Source of the DNA: Candidatus Woesebacteria bacterium | GTDB taxonomy: Bacteria; Patescibacteriota; Microgenomatia; UBA1400; UBA12028 | Direction: 5' to 3' | Assembly: GCA_040006915.1 (NCBI GenBank) | Contig: JBDTWD010000004.1 | Location: 65,033 to 129,032, forward strand | Length of the DNA: 64,000 bases | Part shown: positions 10,291 to 20,686 of the stretch, in pieces | How positions within the stretch are numbered: the first letter of the stretch is position 1 | How the letters are laid out: every line of letters starts with the position of its first letter | The notes under the pieces: generated by a model | The model's input: the letters and a program-made list of their open reading frames with translations, nothing else | Told to the model about the DNA's origin: nothing | Databases searched by the model: none | Program-made: the position numbers and the translations under genes

Positions 10291-11418
10291 TTACTTTTTT
10301 TTCCAAATCACTTTCGAATAGATAACATAATTTAGCACCATACCGATGGCGACGGCTACAACGAACCACAAGAATTTAAGATTATCAGAGGTGTAGGAAG
10401 TCCCCAAAGTCACAACTACCTTTTGAATGACCACTGCCCCTGCCGAAGCGATGTTAAATTGAATAAACTTTTTAATTAAAGCGACTGGAGTGTTTACCTG
10501 GCGTTCTGAGAATGTCCAGAAATTATTCAAAATGAAATTAGAAACAATGGCAATCTCAGCTCCCATGGCCGACGCATTTCCAGCTTCAATTCCAAATTTA
10601 GAAGTAAAGACAGCCAAAGCTACTGCGTTGATCACAAACCCAATCCCACCCACAATTCCAAATTTAAAGATATGACTCGTCACTATTTCTTGATATCTAG
10701 CAGTGACAATATAGAGTAGAGCATTTCTGATATAGTCAGGCCCGAGTTTTGATTCACCTGAAGTACGGTCCTTAAATGCAAATGGCACTTCAACAATCTT
10801 GAAGCCTTTGCGTAATACCTTGTGCAAAAAGCCGATTTGGAATGTATATCCTGAAAGCCGCTTTTCACCAATGTCGTCTCGTACTGCTTCAAACACACTC
10901 TTACGAATAGCGCGAAACCCTCCGGTCCAGTCATGAATTGAAAAATTCGTGAAAACAACCATATTGACCCAGTTCCCCACCACACTTAAAAATTTACGCT
11001 GCAGCTTCCAATGTGAAGGAATCGAGCCACCCTTGATGTAGCGTGATCCAACCACTAAATCGGCCCCATTATCTACCGCTTGCAAAAATTCCGGTACCTT
11101 ATAGGGATCATGCTGAAAGTCAGCATCCATCTCAAAGACTAGATCAGCATTCATACGGTCGAAAGATTCCTCCATACCGACGATATAAGCATGACCAAGT
11201 CCCGCTTTCTTAGCATTGAGATGCAAATGAACTTTAGGATGTTTCTTTATAATCTCTCGGACGACGTCGGCGGTTTTATCTGGGCTACTATCATCAACAA
11301 CTAAAATATGCATGTCCCAGGTAGATATTCCTTTGAAAATATCTAAAAGAATAGGAATCAATTTGGAGATGTTTTCTCGCTCATTATAGGTAGGGATGAT
11401 GATGACAGCTTTTTTCAT
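10291..11418 (-). CDS. GT2 polyprenyl-phosphate mannosyl/glucosyl transferase fused to a C-terminal GtrA-like domain
   Basis: The N-terminus [17 protein letters not shown]...[10 protein letters not shown]...[10 protein letters not shown] is a DPM1-like GT2. The C-terminal roughly 130 aa carries 4 TM helices with GtrA-like [16 protein letters not shown]...NNFWTF. ATGA overlap with gmd. Confidence 0.8.
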   Translation of the reverse strand: MKKAVIIIPTYNERENISKLIPILLDIFKGISTWDMHILVVDDSSPDKTADVVREIIKKHPKVHLHLNAKKAGLGHAYIVGMEESFDRMNADLVFEMDADFQHDPYKVPEFLQAVDNGADLVVGSRYIKGGSIPSHWKLQRKFLSVVGNWVNMVVFTNFSIHDWTGGFRAIRKSVFEAVRDDIGEKRLSGYTFQIGFLHKVLRKGFKIVEVPFAFKDRTSGESKLGPDYIRNALLYIVTARYQEIVTSHIFKFGIVGGIGFVINAVALAVFTSKFGIEAGNASAMGAEIAIVSNFILNNFWTFSERQVNTPVALIKKFIQFNIASAGAVVIQKVVVTLGTSYTSDNLKFLWFVVAVAIGMVLNYVIYSKVIWKKK

Positions 11419-12383
11419 GCTTTTTCAGCTTCTAGCTCTGCCTCTACCATAAGTTTAACGAGTTCTTTAAATGTCGTTTTTGGCTGCCATCCCAATTTTT
11501 CTCTTGCCTTTGAAGAATCACCAATCAATAAATCTACTTCTGCAGGTCGATCAAACTTAGGGTTATGCCCTATTACTTTTTCCCAATCAGCAATCCCTGC
11601 GACGGCACATGCCTCTTGGACAAATTCACGAACTGAATGTGTCTCTCCAGTGGCAATCACATAATCTTCAGGTTGGTCTTGTTGTAACATCAGCCACATC
11701 ATTTCAACATAATCTTTGGCAAATCCCCAATCACGTTTCGCGTCCAAATTTCCCAGCATCACTTGATCCTGTTTGCCATATTTAATACGCGCAATACTGT
11801 TGGCAATTTTGCGCGTTACAAATTCCAAACCTCTACGAGGCGATTCATGATTAAACAGAATTCCAGAAACCGCATAAATACCAAATGATTCTCGGTAGTT
11901 TACCGTGATCCAATGTCCATACAATTTTGCGACTCCATACGGTGAGCGTGGATAAAATGGAGTTGTTTCTTTTTGCGGAACTTCTTGAACTTTTCCAAAC
12001 ATCTCAGAGCTACTGGCTTGATAAAATCTGGTTTTTGGACAAACGTAACGCACGGCTTCCAACATTCGAGTCACACCAATTCCGGTAAATTCTCCAGTGA
12101 GGACTGGTTGAGTCCAGGATGCTTGTACAAATGATTGAGCTGCCAGGTTATAAACTTCATCCGGTTGAATGGTTGAGAGTGCCGAAGTGATCGAATGCTC
12201 GTCGAGAAGGTCACCTGAGATTAATTCGAAATTTTCATTGTGAATGATGTGTTCGATACGAGAGTGATTTTGCGTACTACTACGTCTATTCATTCCGTAG
12301 ACTTTGTAGCCTTTATCTAGCAGAAATTCTGCTAAATATGACCCGTCTTGGCCGGTAACTCCAGTAATAAATGCCTTTTTCAT
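11415..12383 (-). CDS. gmd: GDP-mannose 4,6-dehydratase
   Basis: [22 protein letters not shown]...SSSEMFG...[10 protein letters not shown]...[11 protein letters not shown] are canonical Gmd motifs. The start is placed at the internal Met to avoid overlap with the upstream gene. Confidence 0.9.
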   Translation of the reverse strand: MKKAFITGVTGQDGSYLAEFLLDKGYKVYGMNRRSSTQNHSRIEHIIHNENFELISGDLLDEHSITSALSTIQPDEVYNLAAQSFVQASWTQPVLTGEFTGIGVTRMLEAVRYVCPKTRFYQASSSEMFGKVQEVPQKETTPFYPRSPYGVAKLYGHWITVNYRESFGIYAVSGILFNHESPRRGLEFVTRKIANSIARIKYGKQDQVMLGNLDAKRDWGFAKDYVEMMWLMLQQDQPEDYVIATGETHSVREFVQEACAVAGIADWEKVIGHNPKFDRPAEVDLLIGDSSKAREKLGWQPKTTFKELVKLMVEAELEAEKA

Positions 12384-13336
12384 TTTTTCCTCCACTCTTC
12401 TAATACATTTTGTAACTCTTTGTCGATTGAAATTTCTGGTTGCCAACCCAGAGAGCTCATCTTTCTATTGTCCGCAATCAACCCTGGTGCGTCAAGGGGA
12501 CGGATCCGACTTGGGTCAGTTTCAATAGTGATAGGCGTTTTGGAGAAGCCAATCAGCTTCTCTACGATCGTTTTCATCTGAATCCCGATCCCCGAACCGA
12601 TGTTGTAGACTTGCCCCACTTCACCTTTTTCCATCAACAGAATGTAGGCACGAACCACATCTTGCACGCTCGTGAAATCACGTATAGCTTCTAGACTTCC
12701 AACTTTCAAAGCCTGTTGCTCTCCCTTTTCAATCGCCACAATTTGCTTGGCAAAAGCTGGAATCGCAAAATCTGGAGACTGTTTAGTACCGATATGATTA
12801 AAAGGTCGACAGCGAACTATCTGCAACTTATAGGTAAGGTAGTAGCTCTCAGCCAAAAGATCCTGAGTCACTTTTGAAACTGCGTATGGATTGACTGGAT
12901 GTAAAGAAACACTCTCGTCTATTTTCTCAATTGATCGATCAATCATTCCATATTCTTCGGCAGAACCAATCGTCAGGACCCTTGCTTGTGGCGTATACGT
13001 CTTAATTGCTTCTAACACATTCAGTTGTAAATTAATGTTATTGGTGAATAACTCTTTAGCTTTATCAAAACTTTTTCCAACGTAGGCAAAAGATGCTAAA
13101 TGAAACACCCAATCAGGCTTAAGTTGCTCAAACATTTTGTTTGTCACATCTTCATTGGATAAATCAACTTTGACGTAATGATCGGTTGGCAGGAGCTGGC
13201 TGGCACTATCAGGCTCAGAAAAAGTCGTCGAATAAATATTCTGATACCCTTGCTTGAGCAGTTCTTCAATCAAATGAGATCCGGCAAAACCAGTTCCACC
13301 GGTCACTATGATACGTTGATCTTTCATAAGAGTCAT
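12380..13336 (-). CDS. NAD-dependent epimerase/dehydratase, GDP-4-keto-6-deoxy-D-mannose reductase (Rmd)-like
   Basis: Extended SDR with [14 protein letters not shown] Rossmann motif and YAVSK catalytic motif. It sits directly downstream of gmd. The Rmd versus Fcl-like assignment is an inference. Confidence 0.55.
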   Translation of the reverse strand: MTLMKDQRIIVTGGTGFAGSHLIEELLKQGYQNIYSTTFSEPDSASQLLPTDHYVKVDLSNEDVTNKMFEQLKPDWVFHLASFAYVGKSFDKAKELFTNNINLQLNVLEAIKTYTPQARVLTIGSAEEYGMIDRSIEKIDESVSLHPVNPYAVSKVTQDLLAESYYLTYKLQIVRCRPFNHIGTKQSPDFAIPAFAKQIVAIEKGEQQALKVGSLEAIRDFTSVQDVVRAYILLMEKGEVGQVYNIGSGIGIQMKTIVEKLIGFSKTPITIETDPSRIRPLDAPGLIADNRKMSSLGWQPEISIDKELQNVLEEWRKK

Positions 13337-14616
13337 TCTATCCCAATGCCTAGATACTTCATACCGGTGTTTTCGACCTCACTTTTTTGGTATTGGTCCC
13401 GGATATCAATGAAATATGCTTGAGCCTTTACTTGCTTTGCTATTTCTGTCAGTGACAGAGTAATAAGCTCTTTCCATTCAACCAAGATAATCACCACATC
13501 TGCGTCCTTCATTGCTTGTGTGGCAGAACTACAAATCTTCATCTCTTTGGGCAACACTTTTTTTGCCGCACTGTTTGCCATTGGATCAAATCCAGTGACC
13601 GCTGCGCCTGCATCAAGCAGCATAGGAATAATCTTTGTACTGGGAGCTTCACGCATATCATCTGTATTCGGTTTAAATGAAAGTCCCAATACTGCAACTT
13701 TTTTATTAGAGAACCCACCGACTAAGCGCGCAAAGCGCTTAAAGAGTTTGGTAATGCGCTCTTCGTTTAACTTACTGACGGTTACCATCAAATTATCGGT
13801 TTGTCCGACGGCTTTGGCATACGCAGCGAGTTCTTTGACATCCTTCGGAAAGCAACTGCCACCGTATCCTAGTCCTGGATACCAGTATTGCGATCCAATC
13901 CGTTTGTCCATTCCAATAGCTTTAATCACTTCCAAGATATTGGCCCCATTTTCTTCACACAAGTTGGCAATTTGATTGATAAAAGTAATCCGAGTGGCTA
14001 AATAAGAATTAGCGGCGTACTTTGCCATTTGAGCACTCTCTGGCTGCATAACCAATATCTGCGCACCCAATGGTTTGTGCAGTTTTTTTAGAATAGCAAT
14101 CGCTCCTGGCTCTTTCGCGCCGATAATAATTCGATCGGGATGAAGTGTATCTGCAACAGCTGCACCTTCTTTCAAAAACTCTGGAACTGAAGCAACATAC
14201 ACATCTTTTTCACTCAGTATCTTTTTCACTTTGTCGCAAGTACCTGGAGGTACAGTCGACTTAATGACCACGACTGCTTTCTCTTTTACAAAAGATGAAA
14301 GGCTTTTGGCTGCGGCGAAAACGTATTGTAAATCTGCTTGTCCATCAGCTGCTGAAGGAGTGCCTACAGCGATAAAGATCACATCTGCGCTAGAGACGGC
14401 CTCTTTATATGAAGTCGTAAAAGAAAGAGTTCCTTTCTTTTGCGTTTTCAGTAACAACTCTTCTAGGTCTGGCTCATAGAAAGGAACTTTTCCTGCCTGT
14501 AAGCTTTTAACCCGCTTGGGGTCTATATCTAAACCAATAACGGTATTCCCGAGACTTGCAAATACCGCGGCCGAGACTACTCCAACAAACCCTGTGCCTA
14601 TAATGGTAAGATTCAT
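13333..14616 (-). CDS. ugd: Nucleotide-sugar 6-dehydrogenase (UDP-glucose/GDP-mannose dehydrogenase family)
   Basis: MNLTIIGTGFVG Rossmann motif, the GGSCFPKD catalytic cysteine motif, and a C-terminal UDPG_MGDP_dh domain. Confidence 0.85.
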   Translation of the reverse strand: MNLTIIGTGFVGVVSAAVFASLGNTVIGLDIDPKRVKSLQAGKVPFYEPDLEELLLKTQKKGTLSFTTSYKEAVSSADVIFIAVGTPSAADGQADLQYVFAAAKSLSSFVKEKAVVVIKSTVPPGTCDKVKKILSEKDVYVASVPEFLKEGAAVADTLHPDRIIIGAKEPGAIAILKKLHKPLGAQILVMQPESAQMAKYAANSYLATRITFINQIANLCEENGANILEVIKAIGMDKRIGSQYWYPGLGYGGSCFPKDVKELAAYAKAVGQTDNLMVTVSKLNEERITKLFKRFARLVGGFSNKKVAVLGLSFKPNTDDMREAPSTKIIPMLLDAGAAVTGFDPMANSAAKKVLPKEMKICSSATQAMKDADVVIILVEWKELITLSLTEIAKQVKAQAYFIDIRDQYQKSEVENTGMKYLGIGIE

Positions 14617-14653
14617 AAGGGGAATATAACAGTAAAGCATTTTTTTTTCATCT

Positions 14654-15340
14654 ATGGCTTTAAATAATCTTGATCAAGCATTCGGAAAAGAAGTTGAGAG
14701 TGCAAATGAGGATCGTGCCAGCATTCTTTTGCAGAAAGCGATCGATCACGTGATGCCTGTTGTGCTTGAAAAAGTTAAAGAGATGACCGATCGCAACCCA
14801 GAGAACGAAGATTTACGACACGACCTCTGTCACATGGTCAACGGAATACTTGTCACAGAACTTATAAATACTTTCCATGTGCCTGCAATGGAATACAGGA
14901 TAGATGTCAATAAAGATGACAGCCCATTGAAGAACAAATCATGGAATTTCCATGCAATGGCAATCACGCACTTGGAGGGGAGTATTGAAGATCCACAAGC
15001 GCTTTTTGGACTCATAGATCAAACTTCGATTGACCCAAGAACTAAAAGACATTATCTCAAATTAGGCACTCTCAAGGAATTGCAATCGGATGCTGAAGCG
15101 ACTTTTGGAGGATTTTGGGATTTTGATGAACTGCCTATTCGGCCGGACGAAAGACAGAACACAGTACGACAAAGAATTGAAAATGCACAACATCTGATAC
15201 AGAATGGCGACAGTGTTGACTTCAATCAACATCTTTATACACAAGGAAGATTTGATAAGAACACTCAAAAACCGTTGGGACTAAAAGTTGTGTTTATGAT
15301 GAACAGGAGAAGCCCAAGCCTCCGATACGGAACTGTATAA
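14654..15340 (+). CDS. Hypothetical protein
   Basis: 228-aa hydrophilic ORF with no recognisable motifs. Confidence 0.45.
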   Translation: MALNNLDQAFGKEVESANEDRASILLQKAIDHVMPVVLEKVKEMTDRNPENEDLRHDLCHMVNGILVTELINTFHVPAMEYRIDVNKDDSPLKNKSWNFHAMAITHLEGSIEDPQALFGLIDQTSIDPRTKRHYLKLGTLKELQSDAEATFGGFWDFDELPIRPDERQNTVRQRIENAQHLIQNGDSVDFNQHLYTQGRFDKNTQKPLGLKVVFMMNRRSPSLRYGTV

Positions 15341-15344
15341 ATAT

Positions 15345-15989
15345 ATGCAAATCTCTATTCTCACTCTTTTTCCACAAATGTTCTCAGGTCCCTTCTCTGA
15401 AAGTATAGTCAAACGTGCACAGGAAAAAGACATCGTTTCTATCGAAATTGTAAACATTCGCGACTTCTCTGAAAATAAGCACCACACCACTGATCTTCCT
15501 CCGTATGGTGGAGGTCCAGGTATGGTAATGACAGTACAACCAATTGAGAAGGCTCTTGAGAAAGTAAAGACTGCAAACTCTAAAGTCATACTTTTATCTG
15601 CCAAAGGAAAATCGTTCACCCAGGAAAAAGCTCAAGAGTACACAAAGACAGAACATTTAATTTTCATCTGCGGCCATTATGAAGGGGTGGATGAGCGAGT
15701 GGCCGAACATTTAATCGATGAAGAAATACGTATTGGGAATTATGTACTCACCGGTGGGGAACTTCCTGCTATGGTGATTGCTGATAGTGTCGTCCGTTTA
15801 CTCCCAGGAGCTTTAGGTGACGACACAAGTACGCACGAAGAATCACACAGTGAAGCAGGCGTCTTAGAATATCCTCAATATACAAGACCGGCTGACTACA
15901 ACGGTTGGAAAGTTCCGGATGTTCTTTTATCCGGTAATCACGCTGAAATTGAAAAATGGCGCAGTGAACAAAAAAAGCAGGATAGCTAA
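15345..15989 (+). CDS. trmD: tRNA (guanine37-N1)-methyltransferase
   Basis: [13 protein letters not shown]...YGGGPGMVM...[12 protein letters not shown]...[13 protein letters not shown] match the TrmD SPOUT-family motifs. Confidence 0.9.
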   Translation: MQISILTLFPQMFSGPFSESIVKRAQEKDIVSIEIVNIRDFSENKHHTTDLPPYGGGPGMVMTVQPIEKALEKVKTANSKVILLSAKGKSFTQEKAQEYTKTEHLIFICGHYEGVDERVAEHLIDEEIRIGNYVLTGGELPAMVIADSVVRLLPGALGDDTSTHEESHSEAGVLEYPQYTRPADYNGWKVPDVLLSGNHAEIEKWRSEQKKQDS

Positions 15990-15990
15990 G

Positions 15991-16350
15991 CTACTGTCTT
16001 TCTACGGATTTATTCCATGCATCAAGAAGTTTTTGTGTTTCCCAACGGGAGGAACTTTCCGCATTCCCCATTTTCAAAATCGATTCTCCCCAAGCATGAA
16101 AGAACCGCTCATTCATTTGTAAAAATCCAGCGTCATCAATCTGTGCTTGTCTATTCTCTCTGTGATCAGCGATGTAATTTTCATGGAGATCATAGTGCAT
16201 GCTTGGATAGGTTCCATTTTCAATGATCACTACATTTCCAATACGAATGAAGCGCAATTTTTTTCCTATCAGTTTTTGGGAGAACTCTTCAATTTTTTCG
16301 GGAAGCAGAAGGTATTTTTCTTTCATATCGGGCGAGTATACCACTGCCAA
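15991..16350 (-). CDS. Hypothetical protein (uncertain)
   Basis: 119-aa ORF that overlaps the VanZ-like gene by about 60 nt in a different frame. It may be spurious or may start further downstream. Confidence 0.25.
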   Translation of the reverse strand: MAVVYSPDMKEKYLLLPEKIEEFSQKLIGKKLRFIRIGNVVIIENGTYPSMHYDLHENYIADHRENRQAQIDDAGFLQMNERFFHAWGESILKMGNAESSSRWETQKLLDAWNKSVERQ

Positions 16351-16666
16351 TCATGCCGATAATATCTATCCCAATATCCCGAATCATTGGTGTACGACCT
16401 GGTACAAAGGACTGATGGAATTCGTCACTGGCTGCGTATGCGATACAGATCAAGAAGGTTCGTAGCATCCGATGCTTGGTTTGTTTTCCATATGCCCGAT
16501 AGACCAATCGAAACAGAATAAAATACACGGTCAAATGTCCAGCTTTTTTAAGAACAAAATCCCATGTCTTATCTTCAGGCCCCGGTAAATGAGGTTGTGA
16601 TGACAGAAAAAAAATAAGCCCACACCAAAGAACTACTGGTCCCCAAGTTGTCAGAATTTTTTTCAT
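16289..16666 (-). CDS. VanZ-like family membrane protein
   Basis: Four TM helices with the VanZ signature SDEFHQSFVPGRT. The start is placed at MKKILTTWGP. Confidence 0.6.
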   Translation of the reverse strand: MKKILTTWGPVVLWCGLIFFLSSQPHLPGPEDKTWDFVLKKAGHLTVYFILFRLVYRAYGKQTKHRMLRTFLICIAYAASDEFHQSFVPGRTPMIRDIGIDIIGMIGSGILARYERKIPSASRKN

Positions 16667-17868
16667 AATTTTTTCTTCTTTCGTTTCTTCCACCATTCCC
16701 ATCCAAAGTATCCACCAATGCTTCCTAAGACCAAAAGTCCTACCACGATCGATCCAATTGCAATCATCGTTTGCCCGTTTCCACTACTAGGTTTGGGCGA
16801 TGGAGTCGGTGTGGGTGAAGGCTCTTCATCGGAGCTCCCGAGAACTTCACCACTTTCTGCTCCGTCATCCGCTTCGAGTGAAGCCGAATCCGAAGCGGCT
16901 GAACTGGTACTCGATTCCAAACTCGGGTTTGCACTGCCTTTTGTCATCTGGGTTGTTTCCTGCCAACCCCCACCCGATTTAGCCCAAGTCTGATCAGTAT
17001 GACATTCTTTGTACTCGTATGTATCAACTTTTTTCCCCGTCCCATCAATTAGATTTACAACATCACCACTGTCAGTTAACATTCCACGTGCATATTTGCT
17101 AATCTCTACGGTGCTATATCCTTTAGCACTGATCGCAAGTGTGGCAATCGGTTGCTCATTATTATCATGATCTGTCAGCTTCCAATTCGTAAGGGTCACT
17201 GTTGTAGCGCCACTGTTATATAGCTCTACCCATTCCTTACTCCCGTCAGCTTGGCAGGCATAGATTTCAGATAGACTAATAGTTATCGGTTGTGTAGTTG
17301 GAGTAGGTGTGGGGCCTGCAGTTGTTGTAGGAGTGGAAGTGGGAGATGTTGTCGATGTTGGAGTTGGAGTCGGAGTCGGGGTTGAAGGAGAAACTAATGT
17401 ATTTGCTTGTCCAGGAGTAACAGCGGTTGTGAGCGACCACGACGTTCCCTGCTTTATCCAGCTGACTGGCCGAGGAGTAGGACATTTTTCGAATGTATTT
17501 TCTTCTAAAACATCTCCCCCTCCATCTTTTAGCCGTAATGAAAACTCTTCATTACTTAAGAAATTTGAACCCACATTAAATTGTTTATATAACTTTGCCG
17601 AGATTGTCGCGGTATCCGCAACGAGTGTTTTTGGTGTCCAAGTACTTGAATCCTTTCCTTTTTCCTCCACTTTCCAAGTCGACACATCGACACCTTGATC
17701 TGATTCGTTATATAACTCTATCCACCCATTGTCTTCGCATGGTGAAACTTCAGATAAAGTAATTACAATTCCAGCTCCTGGCGATGGTGCCTGGGCGTAG
17801 GAAGGGAGAATTCGAAAAAAACCAAAAAACGATATGAATGCCAAAAGCAAAATAAAGACACGCCGCAT
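16663..17868 (-). CDS. Secreted surface protein with two lamin-tail domains (LTD), a Pro/Thr-rich linker and a C-terminal TM anchor
   Basis: Signal peptide ending SYAQA. Two LTD-like segments (ITLSEVSPCEDNGWIELYN and ITISLSEIYACQADGSKEWVELYN), PTPTPT linkers, and a C-terminal hydrophobic helix followed by a WWKKRKKKKL stop-transfer tail. Confidence 0.6.
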   Translation of the reverse strand: MRRVFILLLAFISFFGFFRILPSYAQAPSPGAGIVITLSEVSPCEDNGWIELYNESDQGVDVSTWKVEEKGKDSSTWTPKTLVADTATISAKLYKQFNVGSNFLSNEEFSLRLKDGGGDVLEENTFEKCPTPRPVSWIKQGTSWSLTTAVTPGQANTLVSPSTPTPTPTPTSTTSPTSTPTTTAGPTPTPTTQPITISLSEIYACQADGSKEWVELYNSGATTVTLTNWKLTDHDNNEQPIATLAISAKGYSTVEISKYARGMLTDSGDVVNLIDGTGKKVDTYEYKECHTDQTWAKSGGGWQETTQMTKGSANPSLESSTSSAASDSASLEADDGAESGEVLGSSDEEPSPTPTPSPKPSSGNGQTMIAIGSIVVGLLVLGSIGGYFGWEWWKKRKKKKL

Positions 17869-17874
17869 AATACC

Positions 17875-19092
17875 TTAATTCTTCCGTAAATAGCCGACAC
17901 CGATAATCTGTCCCGTAGAATACAACGAATTGAACTTTTTGTCATATCCTTCCCAGGGATCATTGATCATATAGTCACCATTTTGCCCACTTTTTAAAAC
18001 AATAAAGTGAGTTCCTACCACACTTGTCCGTACAGAGAGCTTCACAATCACCGGTCTACCTTCTTTGAGTTCCGTATCAATCAGTCCTAAATCTTTACGG
18101 TCAACAACTTCAAATCTGTATCCACTCGGTGCTGGCCAAGGTCGTCGCATTGCGCCAGTGTTTAAATAAAAACTGTCTCCATTTTGCGCAACATTCGCTG
18201 GAGTGACATTGTCCCCATACTTTTTCTTCACCATGGCAATCGAGGTTACTAAGCAGCCAACATCTAAGATGGTATCTGGATTTTTGGTCAAACCGCTATT
18301 TCCAATTGTCATGTTCGCCCATCGCTCATCGCGCTGTGAGTAAAACCACCCATCTGGAGAACTTTGAGCCGGCAAAATGCCACCGCCTTTGCTAGATGTA
18401 AAAGCCCGGAATGAAGCAAGCTCAGCTTCTGCTTGCGCCAATAATTTCTGATAGTTCCCTTCACTATTTTTGGTATCAGAAAGCAATTGTTTTTTCGCTT
18501 GTTCTTGAGCGACTAAATCAGCTTGTTGTTGTTGCAGTTTCACTTTGAGTGTTTCTACCTGCTTTTGCTTCACTTCTTTCTCTTGCTTCTGGGTATCGTA
18601 AGAGATTTTGACTTCAGTTGTCTTTTTTAACATCTGACTATGATGGACAGAGGCCAGTTGAATATATCGAGCTCGTGTCGAAAGATCAGCAAAAGAATGA
18701 GAAGAAAATACCAGTTGATATGGGTCGATTTGACCTTGCTTGTATCCCACTTGAACATCAGAGATGAGGGCTCTCGTATGTTCATCTAATGTCCCTTCAA
18801 GGGTTTCAATTTTCCCTCCTAAGGAAGTAATATCTCGAGTCAAAACTGAAATCTCAAATTCAGTCGCTTCAACTTGTTTTTCGGTCAGAGTTTTTTTGTT
18901 CGTCAGATAAGAAATTGCAGAAGAAAGTGTTCGCGCTTCGCCTTGAAGTTGAGTAATTTTCCCTTTTAAATTTTCGATTTCTTTTAATTTCTCTTGATAT
19001 CTTGGATCCGTGTCTTGTGCATAGCTTCTAGTTGGCACGAGAAGAACAAGGACTAATACACACACGAAGATTCGGCGTTTGAAAACTCGCAC
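17875..19092 (-). CDS. Secreted coiled-coil protein with a C-terminal papain-fold (Peptidase_C39-like/CHAP-like) cysteine peptidase domain; putative FtsEX-associated peptidoglycan hydrolase
   Basis: The signal peptide is followed by about 220 aa of heptad-rich coiled coil. The C-terminal domain carries a candidate catalytic Cys in GCLVTSIAMVKKKYG and a downstream GTHFIVL His. The ORF-track start codon at 19138-19140 is TTG. A GTG at 19090-19092, preceded by GGAAGGAG 8 nt upstream, is the more likely start. Confidence 0.55.
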   Translation of the reverse strand: MRVFKRRIFVCVLVLVLLVPTRSYAQDTDPRYQEKLKEIENLKGKITQLQGEARTLSSAISYLTNKKTLTEKQVEATEFEISVLTRDITSLGGKIETLEGTLDEHTRALISDVQVGYKQGQIDPYQLVFSSHSFADLSTRARYIQLASVHHSQMLKKTTEVKISYDTQKQEKEVKQKQVETLKVKLQQQQADLVAQEQAKKQLLSDTKNSEGNYQKLLAQAEAELASFRAFTSSKGGGILPAQSSPDGWFYSQRDERWANMTIGNSGLTKNPDTILDVGCLVTSIAMVKKKYGDNVTPANVAQNGDSFYLNTGAMRRPWPAPSGYRFEVVDRKDLGLIDTELKEGRPVIVKLSVRTSVVGTHFIVLKSGQNGDYMINDPWEGYDKKFNSLYSTGQIIGVGYLRKN

Positions 19093-19111
19093 AATCTGAA
19101 TACTCCTTCCG

Positions 19112-19984
19112 CTAATGTCTGATAAATCTCGCCACCGCAAGGTAGCTTGAGACTAATCCCAAGAAGAGTCCAACGAGAACTCCCCCGCCAAGTAGTGACA
19201 CTAATGTGAGGGTAGGGATAGGAAGCACTCTAATCTCGCCGAAAAATCCAACAATTGCTGGGGTTGCATACAGGAGAACAATAAAGCTTGAAACCCACCC
19301 AATCACACTACCAATGACACCATATAAAATTCCTTCAATCATAAATGGGCCACGAATATACCAGCGGCTAGCTCCCAATAAATTCAAGATTCCAATCTCT
19401 TTTCGTTTGACGGCTACTCTCAAACTGAGAATCACAAACACTAAAAGCAAAGTGATTAAAAAGAGCACGCCAGTAACAGCCAATCCACTTTGACGAATAG
19501 TTTTTGTCCAAGATGCCAGTTTTGCAATCACTTCTTTTTGATACACAACTTCATCAACTCCATCGATTTTTTTCAGGTCGATACTAATCGTTTCGAGTTC
19601 ATCCACTGAAGTCGCACTGACTTCTAAACTTGCGGGTAAAATATCTGCGCTTACAAGATCAGAAAGGAGTGGATCTTTTTTGTTTTCTTCTTGAAAGATC
19701 TTTAAAGCATCCTGTTTGGTAACCACTTTTACCTCAGCAACATATGGCTTCTGTTGCATGGCGTTCTTTGCACTATCAACTTGTTCATTCGTTGCTTTCA
19801 CATCAAAATATGCAATCACTTGAGGCTTCGTTTCTATATATTGAAGTGCTCGATTTGCAACAAATAAAACTAAAGCAAAGCTAAATGCAACAAAGAACGA
19901 TAACGTCATCATGAGGATCGCTACCATTGCTTGATATGGACTGCGTCTCATGGTTTTTAGCGCTGTTGCAAATGATCGAAACAT
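19112..19984 (-). CDS. ftsX: Cell-division ABC transporter permease FtsX
   Basis: One N-terminal TM helix, a large extracytoplasmic loop, then three C-terminal TM helices carrying the FtsX motif. It lies directly downstream of ftsE. Confidence 0.85.
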   Translation of the reverse strand: MFRSFATALKTMRRSPYQAMVAILMMTLSFFVAFSFALVLFVANRALQYIETKPQVIAYFDVKATNEQVDSAKNAMQQKPYVAEVKVVTKQDALKIFQEENKKDPLLSDLVSADILPASLEVSATSVDELETISIDLKKIDGVDEVVYQKEVIAKLASWTKTIRQSGLAVTGVLFLITLLLVFVILSLRVAVKRKEIGILNLLGASRWYIRGPFMIEGILYGVIGSVIGWVSSFIVLLYATPAIVGFFGEIRVLPIPTLTLVSLLGGGVLVGLFLGLVSSYLAVARFIRH

Positions 19985-19987
19985 AAT

Positions 19988-20686
19988 TTATTCCCCTTTT
20001 CCCTTTTCTTTCGTTTTCTTCACTTTTTCGACAGCTTTTCCACCTTCGATTGATACCACTCGTTTTCCTAAATGATCGACGAGTGACTGATTATGGGTAG
20101 CCATAATCACAGTCGTTCCCAGTTCATTAATTTTTGAAAGTAACCGAACAATCGATCGAGCGGTTTCATCATCCAAGTTACCAGTCGGTTCGTCAGCAAA
20201 CAACATCCGTGGAGCAGTCGCCAAAGCTCTGGCGATACAGACACGCTGTGCTTCTCCACCCGATAGTTGGGTTGGAAACAAGTTCGCTTTTCCTGGAAGT
20301 CCAATTAGCTGTAACAAATCTTCTATACGAGAATTAATCTCTTCTTTGGGTTTGTTAATGATTTCCAAACCGAGAGCGATATTTTCACCGACGGTACGCT
20401 CTGTGAGCAATTTATAGTCTTGATAGATAACTCCGATCATTCGACGTAATTTTTGCACATCTTTGCGTTTTAATTTTCCGACCTCAATGTCTTCGATGAA
20501 GATACTGCCTGCATCAGGTGTCACTTGCTGTGTGAGCAAACGCATCAAGGTAGTTTTGCCTACACCAGATCTGCCGATGATAAACACGAACTCTCCGGGA
20601 TCAACGGTCAAATTTAAATCGTCGAAAATCACTTGATCTCCGTACATCTTTCTGATATTGGAAAATGAAACCATAGGCATCATCAA
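19988..20686 (-). CDS. ftsE: Cell-division ATP-binding protein FtsE
   Basis: Walker A GRSGVGKTT, ABC signature LSGGEAQRV, and Walker B LFADEPTGNLD. Confidence 0.9.
   Translation of the reverse strand: MMMPMVSFSNIRKMYGDQVIFDDLNLTVDPGEFVFIIGRSGVGKTTLMRLLTQQVTPDAGSIFIEDIEVGKLKRKDVQKLRRMIGVIYQDYKLLTERTVGENIALGLEIINKPKEEINSRIEDLLQLIGLPGKANLFPTQLSGGEAQRVCIARALATAPRMLFADEPTGNLDDETARSIVRLLSKINELGTTVIMATHNQSLVDHLGKRVVSIEGGKAVEKVKKTKEKGKGE

Noticed and set aside
15991-16350. 119-aa ORF downstream of trmD on the opposite strand
   Set aside because: It is kept only at low confidence. It overlaps the VanZ-like gene by about 60 nt, has no motifs, and may be a frame artefact.
17276-17698. Antisense and alternative-frame ORFs (17276-17485, 17309-17698, 16718-16993, 16800-16982) and a repetitive PTPTPT-encoding stretch that could be taken for a repeat array
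   Set aside because: They lie inside the well-supported LTD-protein gene. The repetition is a Pro/Thr linker (ACNCCN codons), not spacer-repeat architecture, so it is not CRISPR.
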